From: Octopus sinensis
Taxonomy: Eukaryota
Direction: 5' to 3'
Length of the DNA: 64,000 nucleotides
Assembly: GCF_006345805.1 (NCBI RefSeq)
Contig: NC_043024.1
Span: forward strand, 19,344,001 to 19,408,000
Under the pieces are notes generated by a model that was given only the letters and a program-made list of their open reading frames with translations, ran no database searches and was not told the origin of the DNA. This document shows, piece after piece, positions 11,871 to 24,671 of the stretch; position 1 is the first letter of the stretch, and the number at the start of each line of letters is the position of its first letter. A program made the translations under genes and the position numbers.

Positions 11871-12349
11871 TGTGTATGCTGTTTGTTTCAATTACTTTTC
11901 TAAACAAATCTCAACCAAAATAGCCACCATTCCACAACCATTCTTGGCTCTGTTATTATTTTCTCTTTTCACGAAACATTGCTTCGCTTCATTTTGGCTT
12001 TCTTTAAGAATTAATTATTCAATACTCTCAGCGTCAGAAATATTCTTTATTGAATGCTTACTCCACCTCCCACCGGCTTTATCTTCCCAGTATTTGGTTG
12101 TTTTAGTGTTTCAGTCAATCAGTAAAAGAATTCTGGGAGCTGTGTGGTAACAATCATGCTTCCCAACCACACGGTTCTAGGTTCAGTCCCACTGCATGGC
12201 ACCTTGGGCAAGTGTCTTCTATTATAGCCATATATATTATATATATATATATATTATAGCCGTATATATATTCAAAATGTGACCGCGTGTGTACTGTTGG
12301 CGATTTTTTTTCCTCCGTCTTCCCTTCTCTGGATCTTTCCTTTTCCTAT

Positions 12350-12384
12350 GTTTCTGACGATGAGCTCTGCTCGAAACGTAAAAC
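12350..12384 (+). ncRNA. Minimal type I hammerhead motif in a Penelope-like terminal fragment (~12265-12485)
   Basis: GTTT-CTGACGA-t(GAGC tct GCTC)-GAAAC-GTA-AAAC; stem III is reduced to palindromic ACGU, the dimer-type architecture. Confidence 0.75.
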
Positions 12385-12499
12385 CCTCCTTCTTCCCTTC
12401 CTTCCTGAGCATCCAATAATACTATACTTGTTCCACGTCCTCGCGTTGTGTTTTCTCTTTGTGTTTTCATGTTTGGATTAACTTTATATATATATATAT

Positions 12500-12705
12500 A
12501 TTTCTTTATTGCCCATAAAGGGGCTAAACATAGAGGGGACAAACAAGGACAGACAAACGAATTAAGTCGATTACATCGACCCCAGTGCATCACTGGTACT
12601 TTATTTATCGACCCCAAAAGGATGAAAGACAAAGTCAACCTCGGTGCAATTTGAACTCAGAACATAACCGCAGACGAAATACGGCTATGCATTTTGCCCA
12701 GCATG
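12500..12705 (-). mobile_element. SINE family B (ataagtaccag / cccccttgtgggcaataaagaaata tail)
   Basis: Reverse complement of the family seen forward at 30660-30880 and 46213-46631. Confidence 0.8.
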
Positions 12706-12727
12706 CTATATATATATATATATATAT

Positions 12728-12900
12728 AGGCGTAGGAGTGGCAAAGGTGGTAAGTAGCTTGCTTACGAACCACATGGTTCCAGGTTCAGTCCCACTGCAT
12801 GGCACCTTGGGCAAGTGTCTTCTGCTATAGCCTCGGGCTGACCAAAGCCTTGTGAGTGGATTTTGGTAGAGGAAAACTGAAAGAAGCCCATCGTATATAT
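12728..12900 (+). mobile_element. SINE family A, 5' half
   Basis: ggcgtaggagtggc head through ggaaaactgaaagaagccc. Confidence 0.8.
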
Positions 12901-12949
12901 GTATAGATATATAAATATATGTATGTATATATAAATATGTGTGTGTGAG

Positions 12950-13530
12950 ATGCTTTGGCGAGTATCATAGGAAATGAATTGTCAGGCCTTTCTGAGTGCC
13001 TGAAGTTGTCGAACTCGCCAGCAACTCCTACACCACGTTTCTAGAGGAGCCTTTTGCCACTCTCATGTCGACAGTGATCGATTTCTTATGCATGACAATG
13101 CTCCTTTGCATTCAGGCAAGGCTACAATTTCGTACTTTGCAACTTCGGGAATCAAAGGCCAATCGCTCCTGACTTGACCTCTCCTGTTCTTCAGACCTAA
13201 ATCCTATCAAACAACTCTGGTCGATCTTGAAGGGGTAAATGTCTGAAGGAGGTATCCAGTTTTCATTGAAAGGTGCCATAACATCTCAGATTGGTCAGCT
13301 AACAGCTTCAACATCATCATCATCATCATCATCGTTTAACGTCCGTTTTCCGCACTAGCACGGGTTGGACGGTTCGACCGGGGTCTGGGAAGCCAGGAGG
13401 CTGCACCAGGCTCCAGTCTGATTTGGCAGAGTTTCTACAGCTGGATGCCCTTCCTAACGCCAACCACTCTGCGAGTGTAGCTTCTGTGGATAAAAGACTG
13501 ATGCCGTTTCTAAACAAGAAATTTACGTAG
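12950..13530 (+). pseudogene. Degenerate Tc1-like transposase C-terminal half (D37E spacing), interrupted by a LINE-tail insertion
   Basis: Frame-corrected translation: ..SIIGNEL..F*VPEVVELASNSYTTFLEE..FLMHDNAPLHSGKATISYFATSGIKGQSLLT*P.CSSDLNPIKQLWSILKG; it resumes as SVDKRLMPFLNKK after 13480. Confidence 0.75.
13311..13480 (-). mobile_element. Short copy of the RTE 3' tail (truncated LINE or partner SINE)
   Basis: Matches 5940-6100 (ggatgcccttcctaacgccaaccactc; (ATC)n on +); AGCTTC on both sides. Confidence 0.85.
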
Positions 13531-13859
13531 ACAAATAAAGTACAGCACCAACAAATTAATTGTGTTTGTTTGGTATTTGTTGGTGCTATTCTTCAACAGC
13601 ATTTTTCATTATTAGAATAAAACGGTAATATAACAATAATACTTTGTTTCATTACCTTAAATTGACATTTTCATACCTTTTCATACATCTGCAGTAAAGG
13701 TTAAAGCACCTCATAACACATAACACCAATGTTCACTGCGTATGTACCTACCTAGGAGGATCTTTCAAAGGATCCAGTTTAACATATGTACAATGTTTAA
13801 TTTTCAAAATATCAACAAAAATTTGACCAGCAATAAAATGTGATGTATAGTTTATATAC

Positions 13860-13896
13860 ATATAATATAATATATATATATGCACACACACATATA

Positions 13897-13941
<45 letters not shown>

Positions 13942-13982
13942 GTGTGTGTGTGTGTGTGTTTGTGTGTGTGCGTGTGTGTGTA

Positions 13983-14018
<36 letters not shown>

Positions 14019-14228
14019 CATATATGTATATATATATATATACACATATATACATATATACATATTATACATATATATACACACATATATACATATATAT
14101 ATACATACATATATACGTACATATATACATATATACATGCATATATATACACACACATATATATATATACACATATATATACATATATACGTACATATAC
14201 ACGCATATATATATGTATATATATGTAT
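13860..14228. repeat. (TA)n/(TG)n/(TACA)n microsatellite
   Basis: Direct inspection. Confidence 0.95.
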
Positions 14229-14640
14229 ACAGTGATTTTACAATTTATGAGTTAATTTGTTCCCAGAGACAGCTCGTAAACTAAAATCTCGTAAATAAAA
14301 GGCAATGAAACAAGAGTAGAATGTAAAGAACATTTTATGCAAAAAGAATGTCAAAATCATTTATAGTAAAAAAAATATTATAATCGTTTTCTGAATCACT
14401 TTCGCTTGCACTAGACTCACACACCATCACATGTAGACACAAATGCTGATTCATAAACACTCGTTGATGGACTTGTAGATTTCTTTACAAAAAACAAGTC
14501 TATAGGTGTTTGCTTAGAAGAAGTTGTTTTTGCTTTATATACATTTCTCAGTAACATGCAGAAGCATTTGTTATTGTAGTTGAAATTTTTGTAAACCTAG
14601 GGTCTTGTAAAGCAAGTTCTCATAAAGTGAAGTATATAGA
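14229..14640 (-). mobile_element. pogo/Tigger-like DNA transposon 3' end
   Basis: TA-CAGTG..TTA(T)GAGTTAATTTGTTCC terminus typical of pogo TIRs; the minus strand reads NVYKAKTTSSKQTPIDLFFVKKSTSPSTS, resembling Tigger C-termini. Confidence 0.6.
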
Positions 14641-15110
14641 TCATCATCATCATCATCGTTTAATGCCCGTTTTCCGTGCTAGCATGGGTTAGATTGTTCA
14701 ACTGGGGATCTTTGAAGCCAGAAAGCTGCACCAGGCTCCTGTCTGATCTGGCAGTGTTTCTACAGCTGGATGCCCTTCCTAACACCAACCACTCCGTGAG
14801 TGTAGTGGGTGCTTTTTATGTGCCACCGGCACAGGTGCCGAGTGAGGCTGGCAACGGCCACAATCGGATCAGTGCTTTTTACGTGCCACCGGCACAGAAG
14901 CCAGTCACGGCGGTGCTGGCATCAGCCACATTCAGATGGTGCTTGTTACATGCCACTGGCACAGAAACCAATCAAGGCAGCACTGGCATCGGCCTCGTTC
15001 GGATGGTGCTTTTTACGTGCCACCGGCACGGAAGCCAGTCAAGGCGGCACTGGCATCAGCCACATTCAGATGGTGCTTTTTATGTGCCACCAGCTCAGGG
15101 ATCACAACTA
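14640..15110 (-). mobile_element. RTE 3'-UTR-related element with five hairpin modules
   Basis: Homologous to 5940-6300; GTGCCACCGGCAC-type modules at ~14819, 14882, 14949, 15016 and 15083. Confidence 0.85.
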
Positions 15111-15730
15111 CAGTTTCCATGGATTTTTTATGTTGGTGTACTTGACTCAATAGATCTCCTCAAGCATAGGGTCGAAATATATATATATATATGTATGATG
15201 ACCCCATCCTCAACAGCAGAAGTGTGGAGGCCCCTTGGTGAAGGGCCCTTTTCCAATTCCACATAAACAGCCACATAAAGAGCTTTTGGCACCATGTAAA
15301 AGGGCTTGTGCTAGTGCTAAGTAAAAGGAACCCAGTACACTCTGTAAAGTGGTTGGTGTTAGGAAGGGCACCCAGCAATAGAAACCAAGTCAAACCAGAC
15401 TGGAACCTGGTGCAGCTCTCCATCTTGCCAGCTCTGGTCAAACTGTCCAACCCATGCCAGCATGGAAAATGGACATTAAAGGATGATGATGATAATGTGT
15501 GTGTGTCTTGGTGTCCGTGTTTGTCCCCCAACACCACTTGACAACTGGTGTTTGTTTGGTTCCATCCCCTTCACTCAGTGCTCCACAACCTTTCTTCACT
15601 TGTGGAACACTTATATTTTTTTCAAAATCTGGCAGCACACCTGAACTAAAAATATCATTAAAGGTATAGGGAAAAATATCATACATTATTTACATTTGAC
15701 GGGTATTTGTCCTCATCTTGTTTGTTGTTA

Positions 15731-15774
15731 ACACAACGTTTCGGCTGATATATCCTCCAGCACTCATCAGATGT
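15731..15774 (-). ncRNA. Minimal type I hammerhead motif (Penelope-like remnant ~15700-15830)
   Basis: Minus strand ACAT-CTGATGA-gt(GCTG gaggatatat CAGC)c-GAAAC-GTT-GTGT. Confidence 0.6.
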
Positions 15775-16246
15775 CTTAGAGGAAATTTGGAACCTGGGTT
15801 CTCATTCCTAAGGTACTTTTTGATGTTGTTATTATTATTATTATTATCATTATTAAGGTCACTACCGGTAATTGAACTGCCTGTGGGGCACTGCCTTAAC
15901 TTAGCAGTCCGGGGAAAGAGATTGATAGCATAAGTACCAGGTTTAAAAAAGAATAATAAGTACTAGAGTCAACTTATTCAGCTAAACCTTCTTCATGGTT
16001 GTGCTGCAGCATGGCCACAGTTTATAGACTAAAACAAGTAAAACATAAAAGGTAGATATTTTCAGTGATTTATACAGCCAGGTGGAATTATAGTTGCACA
16101 GTTACGAAGACATGATGTCTAAAGCAAGTTCAATCCCACACTGCAGCATCTTGGGGTGATGTCTAGAATTTGGATATTTACCAAAAACCATTGGTCACCC
16201 AAAGTCTCTTTAGTGATGCTTGACCAGAAGGAAAGTGCACAAGTGT

Positions 16247-16648
16247 GGCGCAGGAGTGGCTGTGTGGTAAGAATCTTGCTTACCAACCACATGGTTCCGG
16301 GTTCAGTGGCATCTTGGGCAAGTGTCTTCTACTATAGCCTCGAGCCGACCAAAGCCTTGTGAGTGGATTTGGTAGACAGAAACTGAAAGAAGCCTGTCGT
16401 ATATATGTATATATATATGTATGTGTATGTGTGTGTGTTTGTATGTCTGTGTTTGTTTGTCCCCCTAGCATTGCTTGACAACCAATGCTGGTGTGTTTAT
16501 GTCCCCGTCACTTAGCGGTTCGGCAAAAAAGAGACCGATAGAATAAGTACTGGGCTTACAAAAGAATAAGCCCCGGGGTCGAGTTGCTCGATTAAAGGCG
16601 GTGCTCCAGCATGGCCGCAGTCAAATGACTTAAACAAGTAAAAGAGTA
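16247..16648 (+). mobile_element. SINE family A, full length
   Basis: tRNA-like head, central TA/TG repeat, 3' ...caagtaaaagag tail. Confidence 0.9.
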
Positions 16649-17224
16649 GTGATGGTGATGTTGTTGTTGCTGTTGTTAGCAGCAGTAGTAGTTGTTGTAG
16701 TAATGGTGGTGGCGGTGGTGGTAGTAGTAGAAGAGCAACAACAGTAATAGTAGTAGTACTAGCAGTAGTATATTCCTGTCATAATTCTTTGGCTAATTCC
16801 ATTCTCCCATACATCTTATTTAACTTCCAAACCAAATGCGCCAACAGACAGAATAATAATAAATAGATTCAGCTTTAGCTACACAATAAAAATATCATGT
16901 TATATTTGACAGCGCTGAAGAACGGACCAATTTCCAAGACGGCTCATTTGTTCAAGAATTGATAGCATAATAGTAATAATAATTGTAAAAAAAAAAATAG
17001 AAAAATGGGGGAAAAAAAGCATATTCACACTAAAAACATGTTTTATTTAAAGAGAATAAACATGAGTTTATTTTATATTTTTCTCTTTAGATTCAAATTT
17101 AAAATACTCTTTGAGAGAAATAATAAAAAAATTGAGCATAGCCAAAAATCAATCGATATTTTAAGTAGATTTCCTGATCTGAATAGGAAATATATCAATA
17201 GTTATGTTTATTTATTGGCAATAG

Positions 17225-17305
17225 GTGTTTCACAATGGAAGCGGTGGGAGGCAAGACTGGAGACTGATTCCTTATGATGCAATATGTTGGATTGATGAAG
17301 AATAT
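17225..17305 (+). CDS. Candidate internal coding exon (81 nt, phase 0-0) of an unidentified gene
   Basis: tttatttattggcaatAG|...|GTATGT boundaries in unique sequence; open translation VFHNGSGGRQDWRLIPYDAICWIDEEY. Confidence 0.45.
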
Positions 17306-17529
17306 GTATGTCTGTGATGTTTTGTAAGAAGATGATTCAGAAAAATGCAAACTACATTTAAATCTACATGCCAGTATTTATAAACATATATATCATCCTC
17401 ATCATTTGATGCCCATACTCCAAGCACAGACACAAACACACACACAATATATACACATACATATATAGTAAAAAGGGTAATAAAATAAATTATTATTACC
17501 AGTGATCTACCACAAAAGACAAATTAGCA

Positions 17530-17742
17530 TTCAGATTATTCTAAGAAACACAATGCTTATTAATTCATGTTGCTTTGAATTAATTATGCATCCCTTCATA
17601 ACTTCCAGATTTCAATGATGTGATTTTATATTTGCAGAATGGCATTGAAGGGTTGGTGTGAGAAGCTAGACCTGGTCAGTTTTAACATAAAACTGGTAGG
17701 ATATTTTGGCCACATGCAGCCGGTTCAAATGCTAAAGGATTA
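17530..17742 (-). mobile_element. piggyBac-like MITE family 2
   Basis: Reverse complement of 20563-20790; ends ...aatgctaaaggattaa. Confidence 0.7.
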
Positions 17743-18015
17743 AGGGTGCAGAAGTAGGAAATAAAGACAGGAACATGTGTCTTGCTAAACAGGTGTACAC
17801 ACAACTTCTACAGCTAGATAGATAGATGGATAGCTAGATGGATAGATAGATAGATGGATAGATAGATAGATGGATAATAGATAGTCTAATGACTATATGT
17901 TATTCATATATAAGTACATTAAAAGGCCTCTAAAAGAAGAAGCGAGTACTAGATACACAAAAAGTGGATAAATTCAGTGAAATGAAAATCAAAAACATTT
18001 ACAAACTCGGCTCAT

Positions 18016-18086
18016 CTTATACTGCAGTTTCGTCTTTTTTAGCAGAAAAATATAATTTATCTGCCAAGGCTAGACTCTTCAGTAAG
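18016..18086 (-). ncRNA. Type I hammerhead ribozyme, canonical core
   Basis: Minus strand CTTA-CTGAAGA-GTCT(long loop)AGAC-GAAAC-tgca-GTA-TAAG; palindromic UGCA loop in stem III. Confidence 0.85.
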
Positions 18087-18446
18087 CAGCCTTTGTTATC
18101 CTAGAAGTACATATCATTAGAAGCATGTGCGATTCTACCGACTTGCATTCTCTAACTTTTCAGACCAGTGCGCAGATGCAGAACATACCCGACAAACAGA
18201 GAGGGTTCTGGTATAGGGTCTTACGATCAAAATTTATCGAGAAATATGTAAACATAGTAAAAAGGCAATAAAATAAATTATTATTACCAGTGATCTAGCA
18301 CAAAAGACAAATTAGTCATTAGACTATATGTTATTCATATATAAGTACATTAAAAGGCCTCTAAAAGAAGAAGCAAGTACTAGATACACAAAATTTGGAT
18401 AAATTCAATGAAATGAAAATCAAAAACGTTTACAAACTCGGCTCAT

Positions 18447-18519
18447 CTTATACTGCAGTTTCGTATTTTTTTTAACAAAAAAATATAATTTATCTGCCAA
18501 GGCTAGACTCTTCAGTAAG
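18447..18519 (-). ncRNA. Second hammerhead copy of the 431-nt array
   Basis: Same motif; the stem II 3' strand is ATAC instead of AGAC (one mismatch). Confidence 0.75.
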
Positions 18520-19169
18520 CAGCCTTTGTTATCCTAGAAGTACATATCGTTAGAAGCATGTACGGTTCTAGCGACTTGCATTCTCTAACTTTTCAGACCA
18601 GTGCGCAGGCGCAAAACATACCCGGCGAACAGAGAGGATGCCGGTATAAGGTCTACGAGCAAATTTATCGAGTAATATGTAAACATAGCAAAAAGGTGAT
18701 CTAGCACAAAAGACAAATTAGTCATTAGACTATATGTTATTCATATATAAGTACATTAAAAGGCCTCTTTTGTCTTATATATATATATATATATATTAAG
18801 AACAATCTTACTTAGAAATGGATGCGTGCGTTCCGTCATATAATAAATTAATAAATAAAACATATGCATATATACATACATATATGCACGTACCTACCTC
18901 TACATGTATATATACATGCATATATGGGTACAGGACACCAAAAAAACGTCGAACACAATGAGAATCGCAAACATAAACACAAAACCAAGGAAATGGACAT
19001 TTCTTTTAAACAACGAAAAAATAGGGTACAGGACATACAAAACAAGGAAAATTCCCCTTCTTCAGTCACCTTAGTTTCATCTACTCCACGTATAGACAGA
19101 CCTTAGTTAAGTTCCAGATTTGGTAATATTGCGAATAAAGGTTTCAACGTTGGTTCTATGTCAGCATGT

Positions 19170-19460
19170 GTATATAAGAATTTTTTGCGTAATAATATAA
19201 AAAACCAAGGCTGTATAGATATTAGAGCATTTATGGATAGAAGGTCTTACAGCTGTTTCTAGGATATTAATTAATAATAATATCCCTTCATCGGAGACGG
19301 TGTGAGAGGAAAAGTTAAGTCATAGTTTGTTTCGATGTGATATAAATAGAGTGAGGAGGAAAGAAAATAGATGTAAGATATGTATGGTTATTGAATTCGT
19401 AAATCTGTTTTATAGGCATAATGGTATATATGTGTAATATTCCACTATCCTTTGAGTAAA
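19170..19460 (-). mobile_element. Penelope-like terminal fragment with hammerhead (19244-19298)
   Basis: Minus strand GTCT-CCGATGA-ag(GGATATT..AATATCC)ta-GAAAC-agct-GTA-AGAC; homologous to 36730-37030. Confidence 0.7.
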
Positions 19461-20139
19461 ATCCATGGAGAACAGGGCACATGTATACAATGGGCTTCTT
19501 TCAGTTTCTCTCTACCAAGTTCCCTTGCAGGACCTCAGCCAGCCTGTGGCCATAACAGAAAACACTTGTCCAAGATGCTGCACAGTGGGACTGAACCTGG
19601 GCCCATGACACTGGGCCCATGACACTGGGAAGCAAACTTTTTACCACATTACCACACTTGAAACTGTACAATATCAAAATTTTTTTTTAATGAAAATGTA
19701 TTCAATTTGTGGTGTAGGAGTGGCTGTGTGGTAAGTAGGTTGCCTACGAACCACATGGTTCCAGGTTCAGTTCAACTGCATGGCGCCTTGGGCAAGTGTC
19801 TTTTACTATAGCCTCAGGCTGGCCAAAGCCTTGTGAGTGGATTTGGTAGACGGAAACTGAAAGAAGCCCAACGTATATATATATATATATATATATAAGT
19901 CCTGGGGTCGATTTGCTCGACTAAAGGCGGTGCTCCAGCATGGCCACAGTCAAATGACTGAAACAAATAAAAGAGTAACCAAAAAAATGTATGATTTTAA
20001 TATGTAATTCAAGGACTCAATATTTGCATTGTTGTACATTTTTAGCTCTCAAGGAACAGAATCTCAGTTAATTATTATATAATTCACACCCTAGTCCACT
20101 TACAAACCCATTGACCTTTTCTGTTCCTCAATACATTTT

Positions 20140-20237
20140 CTCTTTCTCATATTGACACTGTACTTGAAGGTATGCCTTCACCATCTCTCTCTCTCTCTCT
20201 CTCCATCTATCTCTCTCTCTCTCATCTCTCTCTCTCT

Positions 20238-20287
<50 letters not shown>

Positions 20288-20439
20288 TCCTCTATACATT
20301 TTCTCTTTCCCATATTCATACTGTACTTGAAGGTATGCCTTCACCATCTCTCTCTCTCTCCATCTCTCTCTCCATCTCTCTCTCTCCTCCATCTCTCTCT
20401 CTCTCTCCATCTCTCTCTCTCTCCATCTCTCTCTCCATA

Positions 20440-20490
<51 letters not shown>
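20140..20490. repeat. (CT)n/(CTAT)n region with a duplicated block
   Basis: catatt..actgtacttgaaggtatgccttcaccatc occurs at ~20148 and ~20310. Confidence 0.85.
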
Positions 20491-20491
<1 letters not shown>

Positions 20492-20562
20492 GCTGGAGAA
20501 GTTGTGTGTTCACCTGTTTAGCAAGACACATGTTCCGGTCTTTATTTCCTACTTTCACACCC

Positions 20563-20790
20563 TTAACCCTTTAGCATTTAAACCGGCTGTATGTGGCCAA
20601 AATATTCTACCTGTTTTATATTAAAACTGACCAGGTCTAACTTCTCACACCAACCCTTCAATGCCATTCTGAAAATTTAAAATCACATCAATGAAATCGG
20701 GAAGTTATGAAGTGACGCCTAATTAATTCAAAGCAACATGAATTAATAAGCATTGTGTTTGATAGAATAATTTGAAGGCTAAAGGTTTTG
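20563..20790 (+). mobile_element. piggyBac-like MITE family 2
   Basis: Starts TTAACCCTTTAGCATT and ends GCTAAAGGTTT; related copies at 17530-17742 and 27055-27530. Confidence 0.7.
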
Positions 20791-20904
20791 ATACTTCACT
20801 TATTTAAAGGCTCTTGTCTTGCATGTGCTTGGTGACCTCACGAAAGCTGGCTCTACAAAAAAAATGTACCCAGAACATCCTGAAAAGTGATGGAGGATAT
20901 ATTT

Positions 20905-21352
20905 CTTTACTGCTCACAAGGGGCTAAACATAGAGGAGGACAGACAAAGGGATTAAGTCGATTACATCGACCCCAATGCGAAACTGGTACTTTATTTATT
21001 GACCCCGAAAGGATGAAAAGCAAAGTCGACCTCGGTGGAATTTGAACTCAGAACATAGCGACAGACGAAATATGGCTACGTATTTCGCCCAGCGTGGTAA
21101 CGTTTCTGCCAGCTCGCCGCAGACGAAATACCTGTTTCTTTACTATCCACAAGGGGCTAAACATAGAGAGAACAAACAAGGACAGACAAAGGGATTAAGT
21201 CGATTACATCGAACCCAGTGCGAAACTGGTACTTTATTTATCGACCTCGAAAGGATGAAAGGCAAAGTCGACCTCAGTGGAATTAGAACTCGGAACGTAG
21301 CGACATACGAAATAAGGCTATGCATTTCGCCCGGCGTGCTAACGTTTCTGCC
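20905..21352 (-). mobile_element. SINE family B with tandemly duplicated internal module
   Basis: Two ~220-bp modules each containing gattaagtcgattacatcga...ggatgaaaggcaaagtcgacctc. Confidence 0.85.
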
Positions 21353-21960
21353 TTTGAGAAAAAGGTCTTTCAGCAGTAATCATACCAAAGCAGACATTGG
21401 AGCTTGCTGTAGCGCTCTTGTTTGTTGGATCCAGTCAAACCATCCAAGCCATACAAGCAATAGAAAAAGAGATATTAAATAACAATGACAATGATGTCAT
21501 TCAGTTATTGAAATTGAGAAATATAACTTTTATTCCATCTTCCATTGATAAATGTCAGTTGAAATTAATGTTATGTTAAATAAATATTATATTTTATACA
21601 AACTATTTGTGCGAAAGCTACACACACAATCTACCCATTATATGCACAAACATAAGCAATAATTACAGAAACTTTATAATTTTTCTCTAAAACACTACCA
21701 AAATATTTATACAAAGTTGAATGAAAATTTTAATGAAAGATGTAAGCTAATGAAAATCAAAAATGATAAAATTTATTGTTTTAATAACCAGTAATTTTTG
21801 TATATGGACTCAGTGAATTGCAGTCAGTTGGCTTTGTTTGCGGGATAAATACGAAGTCAGTGCGATGGGTTTGGGTGAAAGGAATGTTGGTTTGCGTGCG
21901 CAAGAAGACAAAACAGGAAATCTACATAGATATCAAGCTATTTTAATTACAGCGAAACAC

Positions 21961-22011
<51 letters not shown>

Positions 22012-22017
22012 CATACA

Positions 22018-22048
<31 letters not shown>

Positions 22049-22076
22049 GTACATATGTATATATATATACACACAC

Positions 22077-22117
<41 letters not shown>

Positions 22118-22120
22118 TAT

Positions 22121-22159
<39 letters not shown>

Positions 22160-22168
22160 TATATACAT

Positions 22169-22218
<50 letters not shown>

Positions 22219-22226
22219 AAATAATA

Positions 22227-22258
<32 letters not shown>

Positions 22259-22885
22259 CAATTTATAAATATAAATTAATAATTTAAAATTTTTAACTTT
22301 AAATTTAAATAATTTAAATTTTGAACTTTATATTTTATATATTTTGTATATTATATTAATTAATTTTATTTCTATGTTTTGGTTTATGTTTTTCACTGTT
22401 TGATTTGCCTAATAGTGGTTTTATATCTAATCTAATTTATATATATATATATATATACATACATACATATATGTGTGTGTGGATTTCTATGAAGTCCGCA
22501 TAGAAATTAGATTATTTTAATTATTATCTAAATATATGTGTGAGCGTGTGAATTTCTATGAAGTTTACATACAAGTTAAATCATTTTAATGAAAAGTATA
22601 AGCATGGCCATGTGGTTAAGAAGTTCAATTTGCAACCATACAGTTTTGGACTCAATATTACTGTATAGCAGCTTCAGAAAATTAATTTTACAATAGTCCG
22701 CTGCTAATCAATGCCTTGTGAGTGAATTTGGTGGATGGAAACTGTGTTGAAGCTTCCACACAGTTGTCCCCCTTGTCACCCACACTTCAAGTCACACCTT
22801 CTCATTCTGGTCACTTCAATATACCTTGATTGTTTAACTCAATCATGTTCTTTTCCAATCCATCTTTTCTCTCTTTTCATCTATC

Positions 22886-22921
22886 CTTTCTGAAGAAGAG
22901 CATAGGCTTGAAACATCAAAG
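22886..22921 (+). ncRNA. Degenerate hammerhead motif in a Penelope-like remnant (~22760-22990)
   Basis: CTTT-CTGAAGA-aGAGC atag GCTT-GAAAC-ATC-AAAG; ACATC is probably CpG-decayed ACGTC. Confidence 0.55.
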
Positions 22922-23507
22922 ACTTCTTCAGTTTTCCTTGAGCATTAACCTAATACACCATGTTTATTTTACTTTCAATTTGTCTTTGTGTTGTCTTCAT
23001 TTTTAGACCATACATATGTACATGCACACACACACACACACACATGGGTGCATGTGTGTGCGTGTATATATCAATCAAAGTGTACAGTATTATATATCCA
23101 TTATGAGCATTCTTACTAGTCAGTTTCGTGCAAGCATTTCAGCAGAGTGTTAGGTAAGAGCCCGATTATGTATCCCTGCACTCTTCAGAGATGGCATGTA
23201 GGAAGAGTGAAATATGACAACTGCTCTCTATAGAGAACCCCTAACACAAAACCGATTGGTAAGAGAGGCCATAATGGATATAATACTGTAAACTTCAATT
23301 AATATACCTACTCTATTGACAAATATAAAAGTACCAATTTTTCTGACTTATGGATTCTTAGATAGTATGTATTTATGTATGTATGTTTGCATGCATACAG
23401 GCATGCATGCAAGCAACACACTTCTTTCAGTTTCTGTCAGCCAAATCCACTGACAAGACTTTGGATGGCTATAATAGAAAAATACTTGCCTAAGATACCA
23501 CCCTGTG

Positions 23508-23755
23508 GAGGTGCGTGGCTTAGTGGTTAGGGTGTCAGCATCATGATCCTAAGTTTGTGGTTTCGATTCCTGGACCAGGTGATCTGTCGTGTTCTTGAGC
23601 AAAACACTTCGTTTCATGTCGCTCCAGTCCACTCACCTGACAAAAATTAGTAACGCTGCGATGGACTGGCGTCCCGTCAAGCTGGGGAACACATACACCA
23701 CAGAATCTGGGAAACCGGGCCCATGAGCCTGGCTAGGCTTTAAAAGGGTGGATTT
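23508..23755 (+). mobile_element. tRNA-derived SINE family D
   Basis: Head gaggtgcgtggcttagtggttagggtg...ggtttcgattcc; related copies at ~4925-5165, 27715-27995 and 41990-42310. Confidence 0.7.
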
Positions 23756-23994
23756 TTTTTATTTAAGATACCACCCTGGCCAGCTGGCTGGGGCACTCTG
23801 TCAGTTACGATGACAAGGGTTACAACTGATTTGATCAACAGAACAGCCTGCTCTTGAAATTAATGTGCAAGTGGCTGAGCCCTCCACAGACATTTGAACC
23901 CTTAATGGAGTTCTCAGGATGATTCAGCAATGTGACAAGGCTGGCCTGTTTTGAAATACAGTTACAACTCATTTTTGCCAGCTGAGTGGACTCT

Positions 23995-24395
23995 CTCTTT
24001 TACTCTTTTACTTGTTTCAGTCATTTGACTGAGGCCATGCTGGAGCACCACCTTTAATTGAGCAACTCGACCCCGGGACTTATTCTTTTGTAAGCCCAGT
24101 ACTTATTCTATCAGTCTCTTTTGCCGAACAGCTAAGTAACGGGGACATAAACACACCAGCATCGGTTGTCAAGCAATGCTAGGAGGACAAACACAGACAC
24201 ACAAACACACACATGCATATATATATATACATATACACGACGGGCTTCTTTCAGTTTCCGTCTACCAAATCCACTCACAAGGCTTTGGTCAGCCCGAGGC
24301 TATAGTAGAAGACACTTGCCCAAGTGCCACGCAGTGGGACTGAACCCAGAACCATTGTGGTTGGTAAGCAAGCTACTTACCACACAGCCACTCCT
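23995..24395 (-). mobile_element. SINE family A, full length
   Basis: Reverse complement of the family A consensus from tail to ccacacagccactcct. Confidence 0.9.
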
Positions 24396-24671
24396 GGAGC
24401 AATAAAGTGAAATAAAGTGTCTTGCTCAAGGACACAAAGCACCACTAGGAATCGAACTCACAACTTTACACTCATGAACCGAATACACTAACCACGAAGC
24501 CACACTGTAGAACTGACCCCCAAAGCCATTTATTAAGGAAGCAAATATCTAAATCACACAACTAAGAAAGGTTTACATATTTGCCACATTTCGGAATGTT
24601 TGTTTTATTGCATAAATTTTTGAAGAGCCAGTAGGGTTTACTTTCCAAATTGAAGTTGTCTTTTATTCCAG

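Larger units (their letters stand above)
17462..18768 (-). mobile_element. Retrozyme-like tandem array (~431-nt monomer), lower part interrupted by a MITE and (GATA)n
   Basis: Direct repeats 17890-18320 and 18321-18730 plus partial units; each full unit carries an HHR. Confidence 0.8.

Noticed and set aside
11053-12150. 365-aa Thr-rich ORF resembling a mucin
   Set aside because: It is a degenerate ACC/ACT microsatellite; all frames give homopolymers and no splice or signal context is visible.
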